DNA of 64,000 bases from Amoebidium appalachense (Eukaryota; Protista; Ichthyosporea), in the NCBI GenBank assembly GCA_963693365.1, contig CAVNZM010000012.1, positions 3,100,001 to 3,164,000 of the forward strand, read 5' to 3'. A model generated the notes under the pieces. The model saw nothing but the letters and a program-made list of their open reading frames with translations, made no database searches and was not told the DNA's origin. A program made the position numbers and the translations under genes. This document shows, one piece after another, positions 51,652 through 64,000 of this stretch (positions are counted from its first letter, which is position 1; every line of letters begins with the position of its first letter).

Positions 51652-53756
51652 CCTGCCTGCCAAGAACCGTGACTTGCACTCTACTAGTACTACATAAATA
51701 TGTATGCATAGCTAATAAGTATAGAGTTAAACGATACAGTAACTCAATTTGAAAGCCATAGATAGACTAAGTACTGAGGCTGCTAGCTACTATTAGTACT
51801 AGTGAGTGTCAGTACGTCTGTTGGCCGCCCCATGTGCGGGTCCACGTACGTGGCACTCAAGCTTGGCTAAATGGCCACTCCAGCAGCTAGCACCGGTTTG
51901 CCACGGTGTGCACGTGTAGTACGTAGATATTCGATGATGACCATGACGGGGAACCGTTGTCTTGATGTGTGTTAGCTTACGGCTCTCGGTGCAACACTAG
52001 CTATAACGTAGTTAGAACTAATAAAATAGTATACCTGATCATCGAGCCGAAATTCCATGTTGAACGCAAACCGTTTGCCACATGCAAGGTATGCAACTTG
52101 CATGTGCCCGAGGGGACTCTGACTCAACATATGTGCATCTATCTGCCCTGGTGGCAGACAGCACGCGCCGCCCGTTCGGCTGAATTTCAATGCCACGATT
52201 GCTCAGGCCGGGCCCGGGAACCAAGGAGGTAGGTCTATACGAAGGAAGCCCTAGGTATAGGGAGATCGGATGATAACCGGCTAAAAAAATACAATAATTG
52301 ATAATAATTTACAAAAATAAAAAACATAAACCCAATAACCATAACCCTATGTGTGTCTGGGCCCTAAATGGGGGGGGCTGCCGCCCCCCCAACCCCCCGC
52401 TAAAGGGGCCTGACGGCCCCTTTATGTCGCTTGGGGATCGAATCGTTCTCCCCTGATTTTACGTCATCGGATCGTGTTTTGTCCAATCAGGTGCGCGGGG
52501 ACTTCCGGCGTATGGACTTGGGTGGGAACCAAGTGACTCGGTGCCAGAGATGACCACCGCCAGCTATGCATATAACGGGACAGGCACGCGGCGCATGCAT
52601 ATCAACGGAGTCCGGACTGGTTTGCAACATGTACATGTTGCCAAAACCTGCCAAAACCACAGTAAATCGTGATGGTAGCCATGTACCTACTATCTATAGA
52701 CGTACTGTAATATGGTTTCATAACTGAGCTTGCCCAATCATGAGACCCTACAGGTATTGCGGTCACAGTTGGCCCACCGGGTCACACCTGGCGTTTTCGC
52801 AAATGCGGGACCACCTCGAACCCCCTCAGTTAGGGCCTGATATTTTATGGTTCTATACTTGCTTTCTTCACAGGATGTCATGCAATAAATTGTGTTTGGT
52901 TAACGTTAGGCTAGCTAGGTGACAACAACTTGAACATGAGTTTTGCGATATATAAATATTATTATACGGTACTTCTAGAATGGTGACGTCCCCTGCAGCT
53001 GTGCAGCGCTAGCAGTGCACAATGTCACTAATACTGTGGCTCTAGTTTGGGCCACCAGCTGAAAAACAGTATTATATACAAACGGTTGGAGACTTTCTTT
53101 GGGGGGTTTTCAAGGGCACTTTGTGGCCCTTCTCATCAACCAGCACAAGCTCGCTGTTTCACGTAAATTGCTCACGTTCACTCGCCGAGGATCCATGGCA
53201 CCCGCATCCACGTCACTCGTGTAACAGATCTGCCAATTGCAAGTCCTAATATGCATATACGCACCAGCAGATGATCTGCATCTATCCGACAAATGACATG
53301 GTTCACATGCACTGTCTTATGAGCTTATGTTGTTCATGAGCCCGTAAATATGTGTTATTATTGATGATAGATAAATAACAGCCAAAGCCTGTCAGTGGGC
53401 CGTCACCGTGCATCCACTTATGTAGTGCCCCCGGATCTATAGATGAGACTTTCTTTGTTTGGGAATTCGAGAAAGTTATGAACTAAGATAACGGGTGCTG
53501 TCTAGACCAATCACGTGATAGATTGGAACAATATTGGCATTTCCGCAGAGCCAACCAAAAGCGCCTATGGCACTATTCTGCATACCTGGATCCAAAAACC
53601 TGCCAGAAAAAAGAAAAAAGAAAGGGAAAAAAATAAATAAAAAGAAATAAAAGGACATGGTTGAACTGTTATATTCATACTCATAAAGCTCCAAAGTGGA
53701 TACTATGTGGCCATCTAACCCACTCGGTGAATATTCTTGCTTAGAATCCCCTGTCC

Positions 53757-53799
<43 letters not shown>

Positions 53800-54208
53800 A
53801 AAAAAAAAAAAAAAAAACACAACCACTACCACATCGACTCCAAATCAAACGTCACCTCCTCCTCGCCTCCACCCGGATACACACTCATAGAATGCAACCT
53901 GCCTAATAATTATTAAATTCTAGGGAGACCACCCAGTGTGTGTGGTGGGGCACCGTACCTCGGCTGAAAATTTTGGAAACGAAAGAAGTCTAGCCCCGGG
54001 CTGTCGGCGTGGCATCTGGAGTGGGAGGCGGAGGAGGAGGGGGGGGGGGGGTTCACGTCGGGAAAAACCCTTAGCAAAGGGAAAATATTCAGTGTTAATT
54101 AGTTAGATATGTTTATTTCACCCCCACCCCCAAACGCCCTACCTACCCACTCCCCCCTCCCCTCCGCTCCCCCCCTCCCCCTCCCCCCCCCACCCACCCA
54201 CCCCAGCT

Positions 54209-54242
<34 letters not shown>

Positions 54243-54465
54243 ATCCCCTGAAACCCCCTTTGCCCTTTCTAGTTACCTCTCAAACGGTTCGTTGTGTCCT
54301 GTTCCCTACCTCATTCTCAGCCCCAATGGCTCTTGTCGTTACCCACCCAGACAAAGCCCACACCCTTCTGTTTTCCTAACCGTGCACCTCATGTATTTGT
54401 GCCTTCCCCCCCCCCCCCCCCTCCCCCCCCTCCCCGGGGGGCCTCCCCGTGACACACACAGAGAA

Positions 54466-54517
<52 letters not shown>

Positions 54518-55394
54518 CACCACCACCACCATCTCCTTCCCACCCTCGTCCACCCTGGCACCATAGCTCTTGTCGTATCTTGTCAGCCGTGACCCCCCTC
54601 TTCTCCTCCCCCCTCCTCCCCTCCCCTCCGGAGTCTCCCCCCCCCCCCCCCCCCCCCCCCTCCCTCCCCCCTCCCTCCCCCCTTCCCTACCCATCCGCCC
54701 TCACCGATTAGTTCTGTATTTCTGTGTGCGGAAAGGAGATGGGTTTGTGCGTGTTTGGGGAGAGGGACCCCTCATTGGACCCCCTCTCTCTCCCCCCACT
54801 CCCGGCCCCCTCCCTCCCCCTCCCTCTTTCCCCCCATATGCATACATGCACAGCACGCCACCCATCTACCATCACCCACCCCTCGTTGCAGGAATCAGCT
54901 TCCATATGTGAAATTGGGGGTGTTGGGGATGTCTTTCCTGGGGATGGCCCAATTAAGGGTGGTAGTGGACTGGGGGTAGCGGTTGTGTGTGTGTGTGTGG
55001 GGAAGGTGGGGGGAGGGGGGAGGGGGGAAGGGGGAGAGGGGGAGGAGGGCGAGGGGGGGGAGGGGGGGGGGGGGAGCAGCAAATCACTCGTTCCCTCACT
55101 CCTCCGATTTCGCCAAAAAAAATATCCATATATCCCAAACTCCCCCCCCCCCCCCCCCCCCAAAAAAAAAAAAAAAAAAAGTCCTTCCTCCCTTCTTCCC
55201 ATCCTTCCCCTGCCCTTTCACACACACGCACACACTGCACACACACAACCCCTCTCAATGCAGTAACCTACTCCAACCAGCTTTCACAGTGCTCCATTCA
55301 CCTTCGGCTCCCTGGCCCATTTTCCCTGTCTCCTGGAGGGGAAGAGATTCAGGGGCCGGGGGGGGGGGTGGGGGGGGGGGGGGGGGGGGAAGGG

Positions 55395-55431
<37 letters not shown>

Positions 55432-55512
55432 GAAGGGGAAGGGAGGCGTTTGAACCTTTGGAGAGTCTGAAGGGACAAAATTTGAATTTGTTGAGTATCA
55501 GGAAATTGCACC

Positions 55513-55552
<40 letters not shown>

Positions 55553-55610
55553 GCTTGTAAGGGGTCATAGTAAAGACGGGTGTGAAAGGAACTTGTGGCC
55601 ACTCTGCTGC

Positions 55611-55981
55611 CAACACGGAGGGATAGACCACTTAAAAACATGGAGGGATAGACAACTTAAAAACACGGAGGGATAGACCACTTAAAAACATGGAGGGATA
55701 GATCAAAAAAAAACACGGAGCCGGGATAGATCAATAAAAAACACGGAGAGATAGACCAATAGAAAACACGGAGGGATAGATCAATAAAAAACATGCAGGA
55801 TAGATCAATGAAAGACACGGAGAGATAGATCAATAAAAAACACGGAGGGGTAGACCCCTTTTAAAGCACGGAGGGATGGATCAATAGAAAACACGGAGGG
55901 GTAGACCCCTTAAATAAAGGGAGGGGTTGACCCCTTAAAAACACGGAGGGATAGTCAATTAAAAACACAGAGGGATAGACC
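55611..55981. repeat. ~22-bp minisatellite, about 16-17 diverged copies
   Basis: Consensus approximately aaaaacacggagggataga(c/t)ca(c/a)t(t/a). Confidence 0.9.
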
Positions 55982-56298
55982 CCCCGTTCCCCCTCCTCCA
56001 CCGTTATTGAGTTTGACACCAGGGTTGGGTGGAACACTGTAATCATTGAAACCTATGTTATATAACTGTGTAATACAGCCCCCCCCCCCCCTCCCCCCCC
56101 CCCCCCCCTTCAAAAAAAAAAAACAAAAAAAAAACATGTGGGGGCCACCGGGACTCGGATGTGGCTAATTCTAATATAATAACGCCCTCCACGATATCCA
56201 AAGATAGCCGTCGACCATAGATTAGCCGTTCTCGTCTTTTTTGTTACGGTAGCCAGGAAGTGAATCCCCCCCCCCCCCCTCCCCCCTCCCCTCCCCCC

Positions 56299-56330
<32 letters not shown>

Positions 56331-56460
56331 ACCCACCCAAAAAAAAAAAGGCTCTAATCCCTCCGGCCCTCCCATTAATACTATTTGCCCCACGGTGACC
56401 CTCCTCCAGCCTGCCCCTTCAACCCCGGCCGTCTCCCGGTCGAATTGCATGGGTGGCTCT

Positions 56461-56501
<41 letters not shown>

Positions 56502-56595
56502 CCGCACCCCAACCCCCTCTCCCCCCTCGCACCCAAGATTCCGAGTTCGGAGGGACCCGCAATTCCGAATGGGTGGTGGATCCGAATCCCCAGCA

Positions 56596-57020
<425 letters not shown>

Positions 57021-57429
57021 CCCCCCCCCCCTCCCCCTGGACTAGGCCTCCCCCCCCCCCCCCCCCCAAACCCTCCCCCCCACCCCAATCCCCCTCCCCC
57101 TCCCCCCCTCCCCCCCCCCCCCCCCCCCCCCCCCCCCCTTCCGGGCCTCTGCTCCCCATGATCGATATCGATATCGATGTGGTGCACGTGGGTTAGTATT
57201 TGACATGGCATCTGCGCATATGATCGATCCAGGCGGTACCACACGAACATGGTCAGTTTGATCACACATGTGTTACTTACCAATCATCAGCCCGACACAC
57301 ACGAGGCTGCGCTGCCCCCCATTGCACGTGCCCTTTACTGTGTGCATGACGTCCGGCACATGCACAGTGCACACGCGTGACCGTGGCTGTGCTTTCCTAG
57401 TCGCTTTCGCAGCTTTGATCAAAGAAAGT

Positions 57430-57896
57430 TGACGTCGGGCCCTGGCCGGCCCGGCCGCGGGGCCTTGTGGCCATGAGGCGAGCGCTGGCGCCCGGCGGCC
57501 CGCGCGTGGAGCCTGACATCGGGTGCCGTATTCCTATTGGATTATCCGGAAAAACTAACCATATTAGGTAAGTGCGCAATTTGGCAAGCCAATCAAAGCA
57601 CGAAAGCTTTCTTTCGGAATGAGCCACGCTGAACAAAAACAAACCCCGCAAAGCCGGACTCCAGCCTTCTGATATGGTACCCGGGCCCCTTCCCTGGCCG
57701 GGCCCATCGCCACCCCGACGAGCCTGTCGGCCATAAAATGAGGTGTCGATTTCCATCCCGTCAGGGCTCGTCGCCAGTTAACGCTGATTGGCTAACAGTT
57801 TTGGCGCGCTTAACATTGATTGGCTGTTTTTGGCGGCAGAGTTCACGCAGCCTTCATAAAGCAGCGACGCTGGCGGTTGAGGTCAGTTTGCATCGC
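57430..57896 (+). promoter_or_regulatory. Putative CpG/GC-rich promoter with multiple CCAAT boxes
   Basis: ATTGG/CCAAT at ~57536, 57589, 57787 and 57819, and a TATA-like CATAAAG at ~57856, ahead of the ATG at 57928. It is present only before copy 1 of the triplication. Confidence 0.45.
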
Positions 57897-57927
57897 CCGT
57901 TTTTCCAAATAACACGACACCGCAAAC

Positions 57928-59144
57928 ATGAGTCAGCCTCAGTACACTGCACCCCAGCTTCGTGCCATTATTACGAGCGCAGCTGGGTATGACGGTTGGG
58001 TGGAGGAGCTGGCCCGTCTGGCTCGTGACCATGGCCTCTTTGACGGTCTGGTGGAAGAGAATGGGCTCCCCCGGCGTGCTAGGTTGGAGGGGTGGCACAA
58101 CGAGCTTCAAACCTACACTAATGAGCAGCGCTTGAACTTGAACGAGTCCCTCAGGAAGGTACGAGGAATGTTATAGCAGGACCCAGCCCCTCCCCCCCTT
58201 TTTTCTCCATTGAGGCCCCCCCCCCCCACCCTTCCCCTATCCCCCCTTCCCCCCCCCTTCCCCCATTACACACACACCCCGTTCTTTATGGGTTTTCTGT
58301 TTGAATGTTTTTTTCGTTTTTGGTTTTGGCTTTATTGCTCCTTTGTTTCTCACTTTTTTTTAACTCTACTCAACTACAACACGCACGACAAACAGGTGCT
58401 GCATGTCCCGTTTCCCATCGTTCCACCCTTTTGTACCTTGGCCCCCTTTCCCCCTCCTCCCCCTCCCCCCTTTTTCTACCTTTTTGACACACCCTCCCTT
58501 CGTCCGTCCCTCCCCACCCTCTCGTTCCCCTTCCCAAACAACTCCTACCCCACCCAACCCTTACAGCTTCCAACTTCCACCACTTTATTGACTCATCGAT
58601 ACTTTCTGCACAGGTTTTCGAGCATTTCTTGAACACACAGACGGAGGATGAGCCAGACGTTGTTCGGAGAATTCGACAGCTGTCTTGGTCTGAGATTCTG
58701 AGGCAGCTGGAGGCTTCTGCCCCCGAGGAACACAACGGGGGGTCTTTCATACCCGACCACTACCAGCTGGGTTGCATCGTCAAGGTTATCCTCGACAAAC
58801 GTAAGTAACTGCTGTTCTATCTGCAAATGCTTACCAGGTCCGACAGCCACGGTGTTTACATCAAAAGGAGTTGTTTTCAAAATCTATATGGGAGAGAAAA
58901 GGGGGGAGGGGAACGGGCTGGGCAGGCATTGAGGGGGGTGTCGGGGGGGGGGGGGGGGGGGATCTTGAGGGGGGGGGGGGGTTTCCTTTTTTTTTTTTTT
59001 GTGTGTTTTTGGTGTGTGTGTTTGTGTGTGTGGGCGGGGGGGGGGGGGGAGGGGGGGGGGGGGGGGGGAGGAGGAATACCTATGTCACGGTGTCGAGGTT
59101 GCCATGTTTGCTGAGTGGCTTTATTTTGGAGAAGAAATACGGGG

Positions 59145-59175
<31 letters not shown>

Positions 59176-59999
59176 TTGGTTTGTAAGTTTATGTGTGTGT
59201 GCAATTGATGGGGAGAGGGGTATGGAGTTTTGGTGGCTGGAAGATGGAGAGAGGATAGAGAGAAGAGAGGCTAGAGAAAGCTCGCGCGCGCGTGTGTGTG
59301 TATGTCGTATGTATGGCTCACATTCTGATCCATTTCTGTTACCGTTATCCTGTGTGACTGTTGCTTTTGTCTCCCCCCCCCCCCCCCCCCCATCTCCTCC
59401 TTCCCCCCTCCTCCCCTCCCCCCTCCCTCCCTCCCCTCCCCTCCCCTCCCCTCCCCTCCCCTCCCCACCCAACACACACACACACACACACACTCACACT
59501 CACACTCACACTCACGCTGCACACTGCACACTGCACACAACACACACAGAATCCCCACTCAAGTGCTTTCTTTGCATTTCCCTTCGTTGAATGCTTGTTT
59601 CTTAAACAACTACTTAGGTCTTGCTCAATGACAGCGTGACACCACAGACTGCATAATTCACACCCACATGCATGCACACACAGAGTCACTTCTAACAGTG
59701 TGCCCATACAGAAAAAGGAGGGCGGCCAATACACCGATGTCGCAGCTAGAACGTGCCTTCTTAATGCCGTGCATGAATACAATGATCTGCTTCGCAAACA
59801 CCCCAGCAAGTCCAAAGAGGGTGCCATCTGCCCAGACGATGCCCCTTTCCTTGAAGTCCAGTTCGTTAAGACTGTGAAGGACTCGTTCATCAAGCCGGGC
59901 AGGCCGTTTTTCCAAATAACACGACACCGCAAACATGAGTCAGCCTCAGTACACTGCACCCCAGCTTCGTGCCATTATTACGAGCGCAGCTGGGTATGA
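57928..59999 (+). CDS. Unknown spliced gene, copy 1 (3'-truncated by the repeat junction)
   Basis: Exon 57928-58158 (MSQPQYTAPQLRAII...NESLRK), exon 58614-58800 (VFEHFLNTQTEDEPD...IVKVILDK) and an exon from 59712 (KKEGGQYTDVAARTCLLNAVHEYND...FIKPGR), which reads across the junction to a stop at 59999. The phase between exons 2 and 3 is unresolved. Confidence 0.55.
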
Positions 60000-61160
60000 C
60001 GGTTGGGTGGAGGAGCTGGCCCGTCTGGCTCGTGACCATGGCCTCTTTGACGGTCTGGTGGAAGAGAATGGGCTCCCCCGGCGTGCTAGGTTGGAGGGGT
60101 GGCACAACGAGCTTCAAACCTACACTAATGAGCAGCGCTTGAACTTGAACGAGTCCCTCAGGAAGGTACGAGGAATGTTATAGCAGGACCCAGCCCCTCC
60201 CCCCCTTTTTTCTCCATTGAGGCCCCCCCCCCCCACCCTTCCCCTATCCCCCCTTCCCCCCCCTTCCCCCATTACACACACACCCCGTTCTTTATGGGTT
60301 TTCTGTTTGAATGTTTTTTTCGTTTTTGGTTTTGGCTTTATTGCTCCTTTGTTTCTCACTTTTTTTTAACTCTACTCAACTACAACACGCACGACAAACA
60401 GGTGCTGCATGTCCCGTTTCCCATCGTTCCACCCTTTTGTACCTTGGCCCCCTTTCCCCCTCCTCCCCCTCCCCCCTTTTTCTACCTTTTTGACACACCC
60501 TCCCTTCGTCCGTCCCTCCCTACCCTCTCGTTCCCCTTCCCAAACAACTCCTACCCCACCCAACCCTAACAGCTTCCAACTTCCACCACTTTATTGACTC
60601 ATCGATACTTTCTGCACAGGTTTTCGAGCATTTCTTGAACACACAGACGGAGGATGAGCCAGACGTTGTTCGGAGAATTCGACAGCTGTCTTGGTCTGAG
60701 ATTCTGAGGCAGCTGGAGGCTTCTGCCCCCGAGGAACACAACGGGGGGTCTTTCATACCCGACCACTACCAGCTGGGTTGCATCGTCAAGGTTATCCTCG
60801 ACAAACGTAAGTAACTGCTGTTCTATCTGCAAATGCTTACCAGGTCCGACAGCCACGGTGTTTACATCAAAAGGAGTTGTTTTCAAAATCTATATGGGAG
60901 AGAAAAGGGGGGAGGGGAACGGGCTGGGCAGGCATTGAGGGGGGTGTCGGGGGGGGGGGGGGGGGGGGGGATCTTGAGGGGGGGGGGGGGGGTTTCCTTT
61001 TTTTTTTTTTTGTGTGTTTTTGGTGTGTGTGTTTGTGTGTGTGGGGGGGGGGGGGGGGGGGGGGAGGGGGGGGGGGGGGGGGGGAGGAGGAATACCTATG
61101 TCACGGTGTCGAGGTTGCCATGTTTGCTGAGTGGCTTTATTTTGGAGAAGAAATACGGGG

Positions 61161-61194
<34 letters not shown>

Positions 61195-62022
61195 GGTTTG
61201 TAAGTTTATGTGTGTGTGCAATTGATGGGGAGAGGGGTATGGAGTTTTGGTGGCTGGAAGATGGAGAGAGGATAGAGAGAAGAGAGGCTAGAGAAAGCTC
61301 GCGCGCGCGTGTGTGTGTATGTCGTATGTATGGCTCACATTCTGATCCATTTCTGTTACCGTTATCCTGTGTGACTGTTGCTTTTGTCTCCCCCCCCCCC
61401 CCCCCCCATCTCCCCTCCTTCCCCCCCCTCCCTCCCCTCCCCCCCTCCCTCCCTCCCCTCCCCTCCCCTCCCCTCCCCTCCCCTCCCCACCCAACACACA
61501 CACACACACACACACTCACACTCACACTCACACTCACGCTGCACACTGCACACTGCACACAACACACACAGAATCCCCACTCAAGTGCTTTCTTTGCATT
61601 CTCCCTTCGTTGAATGCTTGTTTCTTAAACAACTACTTAGGTCTTGCTCAATGACAGCGTGACACCACAGACTGCATAATTCACACCCACATGCATGCAC
61701 ACACAGAGTCACTTCTAACAGTGTGCCCATACAGAAAAAGGAGGGCGGCCAATACACCGATGTCGCAGCTAGAACGTGCCTTCTTAATGCCGTGCATGAA
61801 TACAATGATCTGCTTCGCAAACACCCCAGCAAGTCCAAAGAGGGTGCCATCTGCCCAGACGATGCCCCTTTCCTTGAAGTCCAGTTCGTTAAGACTGTGA
61901 AGGACTCGTTCATCAAGCCGGGCAGGCCGTTTTTCCAAATAACACGACACCGCAAACATGAGTCAGCCTCAGTACACTGCACCCCAGCTTCGTGCCATTA
62001 TTACGAGCGCAGCTGGGTATGA
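59935..62022 (+). CDS. Unknown spliced gene, copy 2 (no upstream promoter, 3'-truncated)
   Basis: Same exons as copy 1. Confidence 0.45.
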
Positions 62023-63063
62023 CGGTTGGGTGGAGGAGCTGGCCCGTCTGGCTCGTGACCATGGCCACTTTGACGGTCTGGTGGAAGAGAATGGGCTCCC
62101 CCGGCGTGCTAGGTTGGAGGGGTGGCACAACGAGCTTCAAACCTACACTAATGAGCAGCGCTTGAACTTGAACGAGTCCCTCAGGAAGGTACGAGGAATG
62201 TTATAGCAGGACCCAGCCCCTCCCCCCTTTTTTCTCCATTGAGGCCCCCCCCCCCACCCTTCCCCTATCCCCCCTTCCCCCCCCTTCCCCCATCACACAC
62301 ACACCCCGTTCTTTATGGGTTTTCTGTTTGAATGTTTTTTTCGTTTTTGGTTTTGGCTTTATTGCTCCTTTGTTTCTCACTTTTTTTTAACTCTACTCAA
62401 CTACAACACGCACGACAAACAGGTGCTGCATGTCCCGTTTCCCATCGTTCCACCCTTTTGTACCTTGGCCCCCTTTCCCCCTCCTCCCCCTCCCCCCTTT
62501 TTCTACCTTTTTGACACACCCTCCCTTCGTCCGTCCCTCCCCACCCTCTCGTTCCCCTTCCCAAACAACTCCTACCCCACCCAACCCTTACAGCTTCCAA
62601 CTTCCACCACTTTATTGACTCATCGATACTTTCTGCACAGGTTTTCGAGCATTTCTTGAACACACAGACGGAGGATGAGCCAGACGTTGTTCGGAGAATT
62701 CGACAGCTGTCTTGGTCTGAGATTCTGAGGCAGCTGGAGGCTTCTGCCCCCGAGGAACACAACGGGGGGTCTTTCATACCCGACCACTACCAGCTGGGTT
62801 GCATCGTCAAGGTTATCCTCGACAAACGTAAGTAACTGCTGTTCTATCTGCAAATGCTTACCAGGTCCGACAGCCACGGTGTTTACATCAAAAGGAGTTG
62901 TTTTCAAAATCTATATGGGAGAGAAAAGGGGGGAGGGGAACGGGCTGGGCAGGCATTGAGGGGGGTGTCGGGGGGGGGGGGGGGGGGGGGGGATCTTGAG
63001 GGGGGGGGGGGGGTTTCCTTTTTTTTTTTTTTGTGTGTTTTTGGTGTGTGTGTTTGTGTGTGT

Positions 63064-63106
<43 letters not shown>

Positions 63107-63181
63107 GGGGGAATACCTATGTCACGGTGTCGAGGTTGCCATGTTTGCTGAGTGGCTTTATTTTGGAGAAGAAATACGGGG

Positions 63182-63212
<31 letters not shown>

Positions 63213-64000
63213 TTGGTTTGTAAGTTTATGTGTGTGTGCAATTGATGGGGAGAGGGGTATGGAGTTTTGGTGGCTGGAAGATGGAGAGAGGATAGAGAGA
63301 AGAGAGGCTAGAGAAAGCTCGCGCGCGCGTGTGTGTGTATGTCGTATGTATGGCTCACATTCTGATCCATTTCTGTTACCGTTATCCTGTGTGACTGTTG
63401 CTTTTGTCTCCCCCCCCCCCCCCCCCCCATCTCCTCCTTCCCCCCTCCTCCCCTCCCCCCTCCCTCCCTCCCCTCCCCTCCCCTCCCCTCCCCTCCCCTC
63501 CCCACCCAACACACACACACACACACACACTCACACTCACACTCACACTCACGCTGCACACTGCACACTGCACACAACACACACAGAATCCCCACTCAAG
63601 TGCTTTCTTTGCATTTCCCTTCGTTGAATGCTTGTTTCTTAAACAACTACTTAGGTCTTGCTCAATGACAGCGTGACACCACAGACTGCATAATTCACAC
63701 CCACATGCATGCACACACAGAGTCACTTCTAACAGTGTGCCCATACAGAAAAAGGAGGGCGGCCAATACACCGATGTCGCAGCTAGAACGTGCCTTCTTA
63801 ATGCCGTGCATGAATACAATGATCTGCTTCGCAAACACCCCAGCAAGTCCAAAGAGGGTGCCATCTGCCCAGACGATGCCCCTTTCCTTGAAGTCCAGTT
63901 CGTTAAGACTGTGAAGGACTCGTTCATCAAGCCGGGCAGGGCTAAGAAGCACGAGGCTGCTGAGGACCCCAAGACCCCCCTCGACATATTTGCCTCCTCC
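61958..64000 (+). CDS. Unknown spliced gene, copy 3; continues beyond the window
   Basis: Exons 61958-62188, 62641-62827 and 63749->64000. The third exon continues FIKPGRAKKHEAAEDPKTPLDIFAS into unique sequence. No domain recognised. Confidence 0.6.

Larger units (their letters stand above)
57897..63940 (+). repeat. Head-to-tail triplication of a ~2.0-kb unit
   Basis: Units start at 57897, 59904 and 61927. They are near-identical apart from homopolymer lengths and a few substitutions. Both junctions read ...gccgggcagg|ccgtttttcc... Confidence 0.95.

Noticed and set aside
52326-52348. Telomere-like taaccc units
   Set aside because: Too short and degenerate to call an interstitial telomere.
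55611-55981. CRISPR-like appearance of the 22-bp repeat
   Set aside because: The units are contiguous with no unique spacers, there are no cas genes, and the context is eukaryotic.

Overview
This is eukaryotic genomic DNA, extremely rich in (CA)n/(GT)n, (CT)n and poly-C/poly-G tracts, so almost all long ORFs in the six-frame track are microsatellite artefacts. Manual exon joining (GT-AG, phase-checked) recovers the 5' part of a Rab5 GTPase gene (-), a 12-exon C1-C1-disordered-SH2 adaptor (-), a Tim17/22/23-like membrane protein (+), a five-finger C2H2 zinc-finger gene (-) head-to-head with an 11-exon SIRT7-like sirtuin (+), and an unknown spliced gene whose 5' ~2 kb is triplicated head-to-tail. 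The gene content suggests an opisthokont, plausibly a unicellular holozoan (inference only). The best candidates for new biology are: (1) two paralogous intronless genes encoding signal peptide + pro-region + dibasic RR site + a conserved ~15-aa C-terminal peptide, resembling peptide hormone/pheromone precursors; (2) introns whose acceptors often lack a polypyrimidine tract and whose halves often carry complementary repeats. A PIF/Harbinger-type MITE contains a 33-bp insert resembling a P-element excision footprint. Homopolymer lengths may be unreliable (one apparent 1-nt frameshift was found in a G-run).
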